Origin: Nitrosospira multiformis ATCC 25196
GTDB taxonomy: Bacteria; Pseudomonadota; Gammaproteobacteria; Burkholderiales; Nitrosomonadaceae
Direction: 5' to 3'
Length of the DNA: 32,000 bases
Assembly: GCF_000196355.1 (NCBI RefSeq)
Contig: NC_007614.1
Span: 2,010,001 to 2,042,000 of the forward strand
The position numbers and the translations under genes are program-made. The number at the start of each line of letters is the position of its first letter. Positions within the stretch are counted from its first letter, which is position 1. The notes beneath the pieces were generated by a model that ran no database searches, had not been told where the DNA came from, and was given only the letters and a program-made list of their open reading frames with translations. This document shows positions 1 to 10,342 of the stretch, piece after piece.

Positions 1-168
1 AGCGCTGGCAGCACCTCCATTTCTGGAAATCCCCCCGGAAGCCACAAGAAGATTCAGAAACAGACCGAAGCGGGCGACGACGAAACCAAGCGCGATGACC
101 GTCAACCCCGTGCGCACCCATGCTAAAAGTGTCCGCTCCGCCGCGAAGAAAACGCGCGGGTCCGACAT
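1..168 (-). CDS. DUF202/YidH-like small membrane protein, N-terminal part, truncated by window edge
   Basis: Manual translation of the reverse strand from CAT at 166-168: MSDPRVFFAAERTLLAWVRTGLTVIALGFVVARFGLFLNLLVASGGISRNGGAASA, open to the edge. The 'RTxLAWxRTGLTVIALGFVVARFG' pattern is typical of DUF202. Absent from the supplied ORF track. Confidence 0.88.
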   Translation of the reverse strand, partial: MSDPRVFFAAERTLLAWVRTGLTVIALGFVVARFGLFLNLLVASGGISRNGGAASA

Positions 169-457
169 TTTCTCCGAATCACCCTTTCCCCCTTGCAGGT
201 TTTCAGACGCGGGATTTATAGTCGCCCTCTTCAATCAAATACGGGCCGGTCAGGAGTAACGACCCAAAGAATAATGTCCCCAAAGGCAATCAACTTGGCG
301 ATCCGCTTTTATGTACATAGTGTCTTCGCTGCACACGCTATTATAATATAGTCATTTTTTGCCCGGTCTCTCCTGCCTCTTCCAGATGTGCGGGAGAGCA
401 AATATCATTCAGGCAATCATTGAAAAAAAGCCGAATCAGGAAAACTCTCCCACTATC

Positions 458-1183
458 ATGATCAAACTCGGCGTTAATATCGATCACGTCGCCACCTTGC
501 GCCAAGCGCGCGGTACAACCTATCCCGATCCGATAGAGGCGGCACTCATTGCCGAATCGGCCGGAGCAGATGCCATCACCTTGCACTTGCGCGAAGACCG
601 GCGCCACATACAGGATAGAGACGTGGAAATCCTGCGCGGCGCCCTCAAGACCCGCATGAATCTGGAGAGCGCGGTCACGGATGAAATGATCGGATTTGCG
701 CTGCGCATCAAACCCCATGATATCTGCCTTGTGCCGGAACGGCGCGAAGAATTGACAACCGAAGGCGGACTCGATGTGGCACGGCATTTCGAGCAAGTAC
801 AACGCGCATGCCACAGGCTGGCTGAAGCCGGTATCCGGGTTTCACTCTTCGTCGATGCCGAGCCCGCGCAGATCGATGCGTCCGTCGAGGCAGGGGCACC
901 GGTCATCGAAATTCACACTGGACATTACGCCGATGCGCAAACGACGGACGAGCAGCAAGGCGAGCTGGAGCGGGTCAGGGCGGCGGTAAGCAAGGGCCTG
1001 AACCACGGACTCACGGTCAACGCCGGGCACGGATTGCATTACCTGAATGTTCAGGCAATCGCCGCAATCCCTGGCGTGTCGGAGCTCAACATCGGGCACG
1101 CGATCGTGGCTCGTGCATTGTTCGTGGGCTTCGAGCGGGCAGTCCGGGAAATGAAAAACCTGATGCTGGAAGCATGTAAATGA
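458..1183 (+). CDS. pdxJ: Pyridoxine 5'-phosphate synthase
   Basis: [25 protein letters not shown]...[14 protein letters not shown]; start taken at the internal ATG (458) of the 359-1183 ORF. Confidence 0.97.
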   Translation: MIKLGVNIDHVATLRQARGTTYPDPIEAALIAESAGADAITLHLREDRRHIQDRDVEILRGALKTRMNLESAVTDEMIGFALRIKPHDICLVPERREELTTEGGLDVARHFEQVQRACHRLAEAGIRVSLFVDAEPAQIDASVEAGAPVIEIHTGHYADAQTTDEQQGELERVRAAVSKGLNHGLTVNAGHGLHYLNVQAIAAIPGVSELNIGHAIVARALFVGFERAVREMKNLMLEACK

Positions 1184-1557
1184 TCTATGGGATCGGAACC
1201 GATCTGGTTGAAACCTCGCGTATTACGCGCCTGCTGGAAAAATACGGAGAGCGTTTCGCCCGGCGCCTGCTGACAGACGAGGAGTGGCCGGAATATGCAA
1301 AAAGCATGCAGCCCGCAATGTTCCTGGCAAAGCGTTTTGCCGCCAAGGAAGCCCTCGCCAAAGCCTTTGGCACGGGTATCCGTCATCCTGTCAGCCTGAG
1401 CCATATCGGAGTAACCCATGATACCCTGGGCAAACCCTATTTCAAATTCCACCCTGAATTGCATACCCTCGTCCAAAACGAAGGCATCACCCGTCACCAT
1501 CTCTCCATCAGTGACGAGTTGAACCTCGCTTGCGCTTTTGTCATATTGGAAAAATAA
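1180..1557 (+). CDS. acpS: Holo-[acyl-carrier-protein] synthase
   Basis: [15 protein letters not shown]...[20 protein letters not shown]; 4-bp ATGA overlap with pdxJ. Confidence 0.96.
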   Translation: MIYGIGTDLVETSRITRLLEKYGERFARRLLTDEEWPEYAKSMQPAMFLAKRFAAKEALAKAFGTGIRHPVSLSHIGVTHDTLGKPYFKFHPELHTLVQNEGITRHHLSISDELNLACAFVILEK

Positions 1558-2607
1558 ATGTCGCTCGGTCCCGTCATACTCGATATCGAAGGCACGCAAC
1601 TCACCGCCAACGATAAGAAAAAACTCCGGCACCCGCTGGTTGGAGGGGTGATCCTGTTCACGCGCAACTATTCCTCGCTTGCGCAACTCATGCATCTGAC
1701 TGCTGAAATCCATGCGCTGCGAACGCCGCCACTCCTGGTCGCCGTCGATCACGAAGGAGGCAGAGTTCAACGTTTCCGGGAAGATTTCACGCGCCTGCCC
1801 CCCATGCGAGAACTGGGCAGGATCTGGGATGAGCATCCTGCCCAGGCGCGGCATCTGGCGCATGAGGCGGGATATGTCCTGGCGGCGGAACTACGGGCTG
1901 CGGGCGTGGACTTCAGTTTTACACCGGTCCTGGATATGGATTATGGCCAAAGCAGCGTCATCCGCGACCGTGCTTTTCACCGTGACCCGCAAGCCATTGC
2001 CGAGCTGGCCCATAGCCTGATGAGCGGGTTGAAATCAGCCGGAATGGCAGCGGTGGGCAAACATTTCCCTGGTCATGGTTATATCGAGGCCGATTCCCAT
2101 TTCGAAATGCCGGTGGACGAACGAACTTACGCGCAGATCGAAATGGACGATCTTATTCCATTCCGTAAAATGATCGGTTTCGGCCTTACCGGCATGATGC
2201 CTGCCCACGTCATTTATCCAAAGGTGGATGCATTACCGGCCGGTTTTTCCGAAGTATGGCTCAAAAAGGTTTTGCGGGGTGAGCTGGGTTTCGAAGGGTG
2301 TATCTTCAGCGACGATCTGAATATGGCGGGAGCAGCTTTTGCAGGCAATCCGGTGGAGCGGGCCCAGAAAGCATTGCATGCGGGATGCGACATGGTGCTT
2401 CTGTGTAATAACCCGGAAGCGGCCGAAATGCTGCTCGCGGAGCTACATTGGGACCTGCCCGCCCTTGGGGTGATTCGTCTCGCCCGCATGCGCGGGCGCC
2501 CAAACCCGGATTCGCTGGTGAAACTGCACGAAAACCCGAACTTCGTCAGTGCCGTGGAAAAAATTGCGGGTATCGGCGTTCGCAGCGGCGAGTTGCCGCT
2601 GGTGTAG
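1558..2607 (+). CDS. nagZ: Beta-N-acetylhexosaminidase (GH3)
   Basis: [12 protein letters not shown]...[10 protein letters not shown]...[14 protein letters not shown]...[23 protein letters not shown]; starts directly after acpS. Confidence 0.96.
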   Translation: MSLGPVILDIEGTQLTANDKKKLRHPLVGGVILFTRNYSSLAQLMHLTAEIHALRTPPLLVAVDHEGGRVQRFREDFTRLPPMRELGRIWDEHPAQARHLAHEAGYVLAAELRAAGVDFSFTPVLDMDYGQSSVIRDRAFHRDPQAIAELAHSLMSGLKSAGMAAVGKHFPGHGYIEADSHFEMPVDERTYAQIEMDDLIPFRKMIGFGLTGMMPAHVIYPKVDALPAGFSEVWLKKVLRGELGFEGCIFSDDLNMAGAAFAGNPVERAQKALHAGCDMVLLCNNPEAAEMLLAELHWDLPALGVIRLARMRGRPNPDSLVKLHENPNFVSAVEKIAGIGVRSGELPLV

Positions 2608-2791
2608 CAAAATCTGAAACCCGCACCTTCCCTATCCCCGCCCTCCTGCCACAGCGGGTCTCCTCTGTTTTGCCACCCTCCTCCCCAGCAGCAGCTCCAG
2701 CGTTCTCTGCCACTTTTCACTATACAACCACGCCTAGGAAGCTGCTGAACAAATCCAGAGGCTCAGGTAGCAAAAAAATCGAAGGGATCGG

Positions 2792-2818
2792 TTGAAAAAT
2801 AGCCAAACGAACCTATAT
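2792..2818 (+). promoter_or_regulatory. Candidate promoter for the Hsp20 gene (possibly sigma32-like)
   Basis: TTGAAA (2792-2797), 15-bp spacer, CTATAT (2813-2818), about 65 bp before the Hsp20 start; resemblance by eye only. Confidence 0.3.
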
Positions 2819-2881
2819 TGATTAATAAGTGCTGATTCACAGCATCAGCTTGATGTCAGACATTTATTCAAAGGAGATATT

Positions 2882-3316
2882 ATGGCTATTAGTCGGTATG
2901 AACCGTGGAGCTTGCTCCACCAATTACATCGGGAACTGGATCGTGCGCGGGAGAACGTTGCCGGCGACGGATCCGCCGCGACCGCCGAATGGGCGCCGGC
3001 AGTGGATATCAAGGAAGAAGCGGACAAGTTCGTTCTTCAGGCTGATCTTCCCGGTGTAAAACCCGAAGATATCGATATCAGCATGGAAGAAAGCATGCTC
3101 ACGATCAAGGGCGAAAAGAAAACCGAGGCCACCACCGAGAAGGAAGGCTACAAGCGTGTCGAGCGCGCCTACGGCTCCTTCCATCGCCGTTTCAGCTTGC
3201 CGGACACTGCCAACGCGGACGCGATATCCGCCAAGTCCAATCTGGGCGTTCTGGAAATCGTCATCCCCAAACGCGAACCGGTCCAGCCGAAAAAGATCAA
3301 CGTGACCGTTCAATAA
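2882..3316 (+). CDS. Hsp20/alpha-crystallin family small heat shock protein
   Basis: WAPAVDIKEEADKFVLQADLPGVKPEDIDISMEESMLTIKGEKK...ERAYGSFHRRFSLPDTANADAISAKSNLGVLEIVIPKRE; AAAGGAG Shine-Dalgarno upstream. Confidence 0.95.
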   Translation: MAISRYEPWSLLHQLHRELDRARENVAGDGSAATAEWAPAVDIKEEADKFVLQADLPGVKPEDIDISMEESMLTIKGEKKTEATTEKEGYKRVERAYGSFHRRFSLPDTANADAISAKSNLGVLEIVIPKREPVQPKKINVTVQ

Positions 3317-3339
3317 GAGTATTAAACCGGCTGACAGGG

Positions 3340-3378
3340 CCCGGTGGAAGCGAAGCTCCACCGGGTTTCCTTTTTTGG
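3340..3378 (+). terminator. Rho-independent terminator downstream of Hsp20
   Basis: CCCGGTGGaAGCgaaGCTCCACCGGG hairpin followed by TTTCCTTTTTT. Confidence 0.8.
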
Positions 3379-3478
3379 ATCGGCGTTCTTTCCACTTCGC
3401 CCTCACCCTCATCTCTCAGCCTGTTTCCAGCTGCCCGAAAGGAATAAGGCGTAGAGGATAAAGAGTACAGAGACTTTT

Positions 3479-4984
3479 TCAGAAGTTTTTTACACGAACC
3501 CGATAGTTCAGAACATTATGGCCGCCGGCAGGAACAACCACTTTCCATTCCGCCATATTCGAAGAGACCTTGCTGTGTGCTTGTGATTCGGATACCACTT
3601 GCCAATCCCCGGGTATTGGTTCCCGGACCGTCACGGCGACAGTTTCTTTGCGGGCATTGTGCAAAAGAATCTTAAATGCGCTCTCGAACGTGTTCCCCTC
3701 CCGCGAGTCCGTCAGTCCTTCTCCCGCCAACTTCAGGAAATCCGTCTGTTTTCTTTCCACTGTTACATCGAATGCGTTTCCCGGTTTCAGCCGGACAATT
3801 TCACCTGCAGCCGAATGATCCACCTGATCCTCACCCACAAACTGGATATGGCCGCGTGAGTCTTTTTTATATATTCGTGCTATTCCTGCAGGCAGGGGAA
3901 TTCCCAGTCCTTCTCCCTTGTTCCTGAATTCGAGAAATACCGCCGGCTTCAGGTTCTGCCCTATATCAGCATATTTTCCGGAGTAGTAATAATCGGAACC
4001 TGTCAAAACCAGTTCCTTCTTCATCGGTATGCGGGTTGCAGACATCAGCCCTACCTGCCTGATCTGGTTCTCCGCCAGTGTTATGGGGCGATCGAGGGTA
4101 TAGAGGTGATATTCAAGCAGCGGCTCCTGTTTCAGGTCGGCCGCCTCCGCCATTTTTGCCATGGCCATGACATGGCGCGGCACAGGGGCGCCTTGGCGCA
4201 CCTGGTTGACATCCCCTGCAACCAGTTGCAAGGCAGCGTTCAGGTAGGCTGTTCCACTTTGATTGGTTATGGTCGCCCAGCCCTGGATATCCGCATGCTC
4301 CTCGCGCTCATTCAATTCCACTGCATAATCCGCTCGCCAGGATAACCCCGTTGTCAAATAGGAAAGTTCCAGGTCCTGCTCGCCGGCAACCGGATTGACG
4401 AAGGAAATAGCCAGACTGGGCTTGTCCTGTAATCCCGCGAGAACAGCAGGGAAAGCCAATCGGTCCAGATGGGGGTTGCCGATTTCAACGCGATCCGCAT
4501 ACTTGAACACTCCGCCGTTATGTGCGGAAAGTACTATAGCGGTCTCTCTACTCTCCTTCCCTGTCGCTGGATTCGCATGAACGACCGTTACTTCCCTGCC
4601 GATGTATCGCTCCAGCAGTTTTCCAGGGGTTAACAGATCGAGGTCGAAACTCAGTTCCCGTACGCGAAATCCACGGAAATGAGCAGGATTACGCAATCGT
4701 GCCGTTTCCGGACGTATCTGCTTTGCAACATCAAGCCAGATGAGTTGATTGAAATCGCGCGTGAGACCAAGGTGGCGCGTATCTTTTATCAAACCCAGAT
4801 TATTGCCATAAATCGTGATGGCAACCTCTTTCTGTTGCGAAGTATCAGCAATTCTTTCATCTTTCCCGGCAGGTAACCCCATCATGCTGTACGTAGAGAA
4901 CAGGATAAAGATCAACCCGCGTGCAAGCGACATCATATGATTCATTGATATTTTCCGCATTATGCTTTTAGCATAAATGGTCAT
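3479..4984 (-). CDS. DUF4139 domain-containing protein, likely exported
   Basis: Long ORF with N-terminal hydrophobic segment; VAITIYGNNLGLIKDTRHLGL...GLSWRADYAVELNEREEHADIQGWATITNQSGTAYLNAALQLVAGDVN, then ...ETVAVTVREPIPGDWQVVSES, matches the DUF4139 pattern. Exact start uncertain. Confidence 0.8.
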   Translation of the reverse strand: MTIYAKSIMRKISMNHMMSLARGLIFILFSTYSMMGLPAGKDERIADTSQQKEVAITIYGNNLGLIKDTRHLGLTRDFNQLIWLDVAKQIRPETARLRNPAHFRGFRVRELSFDLDLLTPGKLLERYIGREVTVVHANPATGKESRETAIVLSAHNGGVFKYADRVEIGNPHLDRLAFPAVLAGLQDKPSLAISFVNPVAGEQDLELSYLTTGLSWRADYAVELNEREEHADIQGWATITNQSGTAYLNAALQLVAGDVNQVRQGAPVPRHVMAMAKMAEAADLKQEPLLEYHLYTLDRPITLAENQIRQVGLMSATRIPMKKELVLTGSDYYYSGKYADIGQNLKPAVFLEFRNKGEGLGIPLPAGIARIYKKDSRGHIQFVGEDQVDHSAAGEIVRLKPGNAFDVTVERKQTDFLKLAGEGLTDSREGNTFESAFKILLHNARKETVAVTVREPIPGDWQVVSESQAHSKVSSNMAEWKVVVPAGGHNVLNYRVRVKNF

Positions 4985-5069
4985 GATAGGAAATGGAGAA
5001 AGGAGGCACTCTTATATAGGACCTGTTAACGAGTAAGGCGCAACGCCAAGGAAAATGGAAGGCGAGAGG

Positions 5070-7778
5070 CTAGCGTACCTGAGAATCGGTTGCCGGGAGA
5101 CCGAGATAACCTTGTGCAACCCGGTAATATATCCCGCGCAGCGGCTTCCCTTCCCGCTCTATCTTCAATTCCCTGATCGGCCCAGGCTGCACCAGCAGCG
5201 GAGTAATGTTATCGTTGCCATCGATGTCATGCTCGAGCTGATGTGTTTTCATTCCAAACAGAATAATAGGACGATCCGTCGGGGGTTCCGAGGGATACCA
5301 GAAATCATACATGGCCGCGCTCTGCAGGAACATGTTGCGTCCGCGAATATCCAGCGGTTCGCTTTTATCGTTATAAAACGACAAGGAACTCGCGACTGAC
5401 CATTTACTCATCCCCACTATAAGCGGTTTTTTTCCGGTCTGCTGCGCCACTTCTGCCGCAAGTCGTTCGACTTCACGCGTGGTTTCGCGCCAGAAGTAGT
5501 GTTCGCTGAAACCCACGTAGGGAATGCCAGGAATGCCCAGGACGACGTAATGGAGTGCCAATCCATAGAGAAACATACAGATTCCTATGGTGGGTTTCCA
5601 TGCTGCCCGCAAACGGCTTGCCACCTTGCTCCAGTGATCCGTCTGGCCCAACATCCACCCCATTGCCGGCAGAATCGCCAGCCAGACGGGCGCAGTCCAG
5701 TGGAATTTCGGCCAGCCGAACAGGCTGAGCCAGAAAAATACCGCGAGCGGCGCAATCGTGAATACCTGCATGAACAGGCGGCGTCTGCGTATCAGGGGGT
5801 TGACCGCTCGCTCATCATTGCGCACGACCAGCGCCATGAATGCTGCAACGAAACCAACCGGCGTCAGGACAAGCAGCATATGAAAGAAAAGCAGGTGCAA
5901 GGAAAACTTGTTGCCTATTCCCGTCGCGCGCTGGGACTGGTACATAATGGATGCCCAGTCGTTTTCCATATTCCAGGCAATAACGGGAGAAAACAGCGTT
6001 AGCGCAAGCGCTGCTGCAAGATAGGGCTCCGGCCGACACAACCAGCGGCGCAAACCCGGGTCGATCACTACAAACAGCAATGCTGCAAGACCCAGCAGTC
6101 CCAGCGTGTATTTGGACAGAATACCCAGTCCGAATGCAATGCCCATGCCCAACCAGGCCCATCGCTGGTCCGCTATCAATGCCCGCTCCATGTAGTACAG
6201 GGTAGCTGCCCAGGTAGCCATTAACGGAGCATCCGGCGTCATGAGCGTTGCAGTAACAAAGCCGAGTGGCAACACTGTCAGCAAAAGGACAGCGCGGATA
6301 CCGGTCGATTTGTCGTAGAGATTGCGCGAGAGGGCGTACAGATAACCCATTGTAATCAGCCCGCAGATGAAGGCGCCTATCCGTACTCCGAACTCGTTGT
6401 CACCGAAGATCGAGGTCCCGAACCAGATCAGCCAGGCCACCATAGGCGGATGATCGAAAAAACTCAGGTCCATGTGCTGCGCATAATTCCAGTAGTACGC
6501 TTCATCCGGAATCAACTGTGCCATGCCCATGTAGATCAGGCGCAGCATTACCGCAAACGCGACGATTCCGAACGAGGCGACGCGCCACCGGACATCCAGG
6601 GAGGGTGGATTCTGTTTTACCGGAAATACGTAGAAAACCAAGCCCATATAAATAACGGCAGCCGTGGCCCCAATAGCGGGAAATATCGCCAGCAGTGGCG
6701 GCATATGCCAGCCGTGAACGAGGAGAGCCAGCACGCCTCCACGCATCAACAATGCGAACAACCCGACCGTCAGAAAACGCCCGAATTGCGGCCACCGCAA
6801 GTATCCTTCGTGGTTTAGATGAAAAGACCATTTGAAATTGAGCGAATAACTTACCGAGGCAGCGACAAAAAAACTCAGGATATGTGCCAGCGCAAGCCCT
6901 GCCCCGCTGCTCAACAACCATTGGAACAGCAGTGCATCGACAAAAACGCCAAATAATCCTGCTGCTGCGAAGCGGCCGGCTCTGCCCACCGAAACCGTAC
7001 CGCCCGCCAGAGTCATCAGCCGCCGCAAATATGTCCATTGATGTGAAAACGACAGCTTCGACGCACCGTGGATCCGATCGCGAAAGCAGATCGGCACTTC
7101 CACCACCCGAAGCTTGCCCTGCCCTGCCATGAGCAGTTCGAGCAATATCTTGTATCCGCCCGCACGTTCCGCAACAGTTCCTGACAATTCGCGGCGGAAT
7201 GCGAAAAATCCGGAGGTCGCATCGTTGATGTCACACAGGGGACGCGCAAGCCAGCTGCCGAGGCGGGACAGCCACTGCCGGTGCAGCGGCCAGCCCTCGG
7301 TACTGCCACCCGGCACATAACGACTCCCGACTGCGACGTCATGACTCCCATCCAGTATCGGCGCGATCAGGGCGGGCAATTGCTCGGGCGGATGACTCAA
7401 GTCCGCATCCATCACGACAATGACATCTCCTCGCGCCGCTCCCGCACCCGCCAGGATTGAACGGGTGAGATCGGGTTTTTCCCGGCGTTCGATCAGTCTT
7501 ATGTTGCCGCAATTTTCCCATTCGCGGACTTTTTCCGGCGTTCCATCGCAGGAACCATCGTCCACAAAGATGACTTCGAAACTTCCCTCCGGCAAATCAA
7601 GGGCAGATAGTCTGGTCAGTAACGGGTCGATGTTGCCGGCCTCGTTGAGTGTGGGAACGATCACCGAAAACTGGATGCCACCTTCCAGGCAGAAGCTTGA
7701 AGGATGGAGGGATGCCGAAGGAAACGAACGCAAAGACAGGAAGCTGGATGCTTCCGGCGATTTAGGTAAAGAACTCAC
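5070..7778 (-). CDS. Fused glycosyltransferase: GT2 dolichyl-phosphate-mannose synthase-like, GtrA-like membrane domain, ArnT/PMT-like (GT39/GT83-type) domain
   Basis: N-terminal FSVIVPTLNEAGNIDPLLTRL...VIFVDDGSCDGTPE...DADLSHPPEQLP...GSRYVPGG; GtrA-like FAAAGLFGVFVDALLFQWLL...FFVAASVSYSLNFKWSF; C-terminal LIPDEAYYWNYAQHMDLSFFDHPPMVAWLI. First codon is GTG; true start may be internal. Confidence 0.88.
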   Translation of the reverse strand: MSSLPKSPEASSFLSLRSFPSASLHPSSFCLEGGIQFSVIVPTLNEAGNIDPLLTRLSALDLPEGSFEVIFVDDGSCDGTPEKVREWENCGNIRLIERREKPDLTRSILAGAGAARGDVIVVMDADLSHPPEQLPALIAPILDGSHDVAVGSRYVPGGSTEGWPLHRQWLSRLGSWLARPLCDINDATSGFFAFRRELSGTVAERAGGYKILLELLMAGQGKLRVVEVPICFRDRIHGASKLSFSHQWTYLRRLMTLAGGTVSVGRAGRFAAAGLFGVFVDALLFQWLLSSGAGLALAHILSFFVAASVSYSLNFKWSFHLNHEGYLRWPQFGRFLTVGLFALLMRGGVLALLVHGWHMPPLLAIFPAIGATAAVIYMGLVFYVFPVKQNPPSLDVRWRVASFGIVAFAVMLRLIYMGMAQLIPDEAYYWNYAQHMDLSFFDHPPMVAWLIWFGTSIFGDNEFGVRIGAFICGLITMGYLYALSRNLYDKSTGIRAVLLLTVLPLGFVTATLMTPDAPLMATWAATLYYMERALIADQRWAWLGMGIAFGLGILSKYTLGLLGLAALLFVVIDPGLRRWLCRPEPYLAAALALTLFSPVIAWNMENDWASIMYQSQRATGIGNKFSLHLLFFHMLLVLTPVGFVAAFMALVVRNDERAVNPLIRRRRLFMQVFTIAPLAVFFWLSLFGWPKFHWTAPVWLAILPAMGWMLGQTDHWSKVASRLRAAWKPTIGICMFLYGLALHYVVLGIPGIPYVGFSEHYFWRETTREVERLAAEVAQQTGKKPLIVGMSKWSVASSLSFYNDKSEPLDIRGRNMFLQSAAMYDFWYPSEPPTDRPIILFGMKTHQLEHDIDGNDNITPLLVQPGPIRELKIEREGKPLRGIYYRVAQGYLGLPATDSQVR

Positions 7779-8169
7779 GTAGCTGCTTTTCTTGTACGGG
7801 GCCGTTCCACAGTTCCTGCTTTCAATCCGTCAGATGATGGTTTCACAATCGTGAAACATGCGGAAGCGTAGCACAGTTTGCGCAAGAACGCCTGAATGCT
7901 GAATGATTAAGATGACCGGGAAGCACAAATAGATAAGAATCACATTTGCTGCTTCCACCGCACTTTGAAGCGGGCTGCCGCGCCGTGAGAAATCGGTACA
8001 TTCGCTGTAGGCCCTGATATCCAAAAATTCCCGCCTTCAACCAGTTTGACTACACGGCAGATAGGGCGCCGAGCCCCCGAATTTTGGCATGCCTTTTCCA
8101 TATTTCTCAGCGGTATGCTAGTATTAAGTTGGAATTAAATTTTTATTTAATCTATTAAGGGAGGTATCG

Positions 8170-8616
8170 ATGAAAAATATGTTGAAAACGCTAATGATAC
8201 TGTCTGCATTATTATTCGTTTCGCCACAAGCAGCGTTTGCACACAGCTATGCGGAAGGTGTGGGCGACAAGCTTGCGCATGGGCTTGCCAACACGGTCAC
8301 AGGCATAGGCGAAGTACCGAAGAACATCATGATAGGCACCAACGAGAAGGGACTTGGCTACGGACTTACCGCTGGCCTGCTTACAGGCATCGTGCATGGT
8401 ATCGGGCGCACATTGACGGGCGCGGTAGACCTGGTCACATTTGTCATTCCAACCAAACCCCTTATCTATCCCGACTATATCTGGAAAGACTGGGACAGGG
8501 AGACACACTATCATCCTGACTGGAAATTGAGCACGGATGAGCCCAAGGAGAAATCCTATCGCCAGCCCGCCGGCTCTTACGAGCAACAACCACCTGCGGA
8601 TCAACGTTATCAGTAA
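8170..8616 (+). CDS. Small exported protein resembling the TIGR04073 exosortase system-associated family
   Basis: Signal peptide MKNMLKTLMILSALLFVSPQAAFA then GDKLAHGLANTVTGIGEVPKNIMIGTNEKG...GLTAGLLTGIVHGIGRTLTGAVDLVTFVIPT; GGGAGG Shine-Dalgarno. Confidence 0.72.
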   Translation: MKNMLKTLMILSALLFVSPQAAFAHSYAEGVGDKLAHGLANTVTGIGEVPKNIMIGTNEKGLGYGLTAGLLTGIVHGIGRTLTGAVDLVTFVIPTKPLIYPDYIWKDWDRETHYHPDWKLSTDEPKEKSYRQPAGSYEQQPPADQRYQ

Positions 8617-8634
8617 CTCTGCTTCTGTCGCATT

Positions 8635-8670
8635 CCATAGAAAAGGGAGCTTCGGCTCCCTTTTCTATGG
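8635..8670. terminator. Long perfect hairpin, probable terminator
   Basis: CCATAGAAAAGGGAGC-TTCG-GCTCCCTTTTCTATGG: 16-bp perfect arms with TTCG tetraloop, 18 bp after the stop at 8616. Confidence 0.85.
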
Positions 8671-8736
8671 GAACCAATGTATTTCTGAATAAATGAATGT
8701 GCATACCGCAATTCCTGATCGACCGCAACCTCTCTG

Positions 8737-9891
8737 ATGCGCCTCGGAAATCTCCCAAAAGAAAATCCGGGTGTAGTCTCCCCATCCAACTTCATCGGAT
8801 TCGGTCTCCGCTCCAGCCTTCAAATGAAGCATAATATTCTCGCTCGCCACCCCAGCGATTTGAATATCGGCTGGGCGCAACGGGTAGTCAATTGTCATTG
8901 TTCCCATGTAACGGTATCCAGGGTAGATCTGGTTTCCGTCGATATAGGAACGACGACACGGGTTCGGATTGCGGTTGAACATGATGGTCCGGAGACGATC
9001 TCGCGCAAGTGGTTTGTAAAATTACCTTCGCTGGCCTGGCGGCCAAGGCTGATTACTGGGTTGCCAGGATTACTTCATACTGAAACCCGCTTCTACAATG
9101 AAACAGCGCAAGCGGTGCCCATCGCCGTACCCGGTTTTCTCGCGGGTCAGAGTAAACCCGGCAAGGGTGCGACGCTGGTTTTGAATGATGTGACTGAATC
9201 CGGGGCTGCTGCCGGCAACCCTGGGGATGCCCTGACGGCGGATCGCGCCGCACTTGTCATCAAACAACTGGCCCGGCTGCATGCCCGCTTCTGGAACAAA
9301 TTCGATCTTATGCAGAAATATGCCTGGCTGGCGGGCATACGCCAACTCGAAGATCACCTGGGGACTGCGCTTGCCGTTCCGCTGATGAAGCGGGGGCTCC
9401 GGCAGGCGGAAAAACTCATACCCTTCCCGCTGCATGCACCCGCTATAAATTATGCTCGCCAGCGTCGGCGCGCCATGCGCTTTCTTTCAGGGCGACCGCA
9501 AACACTCGTTCATCATGATTGTCATCCCGGCAACCTGTTCTGGAGCCAAACTCAACCGGGTCTTCTCGACTGGCAATTGGTGCGTTTCGGCGAAGGGATT
9601 GGTGATGTCGCTTATTTTCTTGCTACCGCCCTAACGCCCGAGGTACGGCGAAATCATGAGGCAAATCTGCTGGCTATCTATGCCCAAGAGCTCACGAACT
9701 GTGGTATCGAAAACATTGACGGCGAGATATTGAAGCAGAGATACCGTGCTCACCTCGTTTATCCATTCGAAGCAATGGTTGTGTCGCTCGCTGTCGGCGG
9801 AATGATAAAGCCGGAAACCAACCGGGAACTGATTCGCCGCGTCGCCACCGCTGTGAACGACCTCGATGCTTTTGCGGCAATCCCGCTATAA
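8737..9891 (+). CDS. Phosphotransferase family protein (ecdysteroid-kinase/APH-like fold)
   Basis: HTETRFYNETA...ATLVLNDVT...LVIKQLARLHARFW...LVHHDCHPGNLFW...GLLDWQLVRFGEGIGDVAYFLATAL: Brenner and DxD-like kinase motifs. Start may be 8824. Confidence 0.82.
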   Translation: MRLGNLPKENPGVVSPSNFIGFGLRSSLQMKHNILARHPSDLNIGWAQRVVNCHCSHVTVSRVDLVSVDIGTTTRVRIAVEHDGPETISRKWFVKLPSLAWRPRLITGLPGLLHTETRFYNETAQAVPIAVPGFLAGQSKPGKGATLVLNDVTESGAAAGNPGDALTADRAALVIKQLARLHARFWNKFDLMQKYAWLAGIRQLEDHLGTALAVPLMKRGLRQAEKLIPFPLHAPAINYARQRRRAMRFLSGRPQTLVHHDCHPGNLFWSQTQPGLLDWQLVRFGEGIGDVAYFLATALTPEVRRNHEANLLAIYAQELTNCGIENIDGEILKQRYRAHLVYPFEAMVVSLAVGGMIKPETNRELIRRVATAVNDLDAFAAIPL

Positions 9892-10342
9892 CCCCTGCTG
9901 TCCGGAATAAAATCAGCGGCAATCCAGAGAACTGCATGGGCAAAAGATGTAATAACGGAGAATTTTCGGGGAAACCTGATGTCATTTTCCTCTAAAATGG
10001 AGTCATTGATTTCTCATATTATTATCTTGAAAAATCTGGACATCTGTTTTAGAGGTATGACGGCAGCCTGAATCCGCCGCTAGAATTCCTCGCTCAGCGT
10101 TCGCAGATGAGGAACTCAGAAAGTAATCATGGAAGAACTGAAGTTGGTAAATGAAATTTTAATTCTTAAACCAAGGGCAGCAATCCCTTAGAGTCTTGGC
10201 TGCTGATTTATTCGGCAGCGGAACGCTATAACCGGAAACTCTGCATATTACGATTTCACTTTTGCCGCTCCCTTGTTTCTGGAAATTTACGTTACACTGC
10301 TGCACTCAGGGAAGCAGTTCAATCCTTCAGCCTCCAGACATC

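Noticed and set aside
341-814. 157-aa minus-strand ORF overlapping pdxJ
   Set aside because: Antisense to a confidently identified gene; shadow ORF from codon bias.
1051-1863. 270-aa minus-strand ORF
   Set aside because: Antisense to pdxJ, acpS and nagZ, all with strong family motifs.
2730-2790. 'gctgctgaacaaatccagaggctcaggtagc' as an IS remnant or genomic repeat
   Set aside because: No terminal inverted repeats, transposase remnant or second copy in the window; cannot be supported without a genome search.
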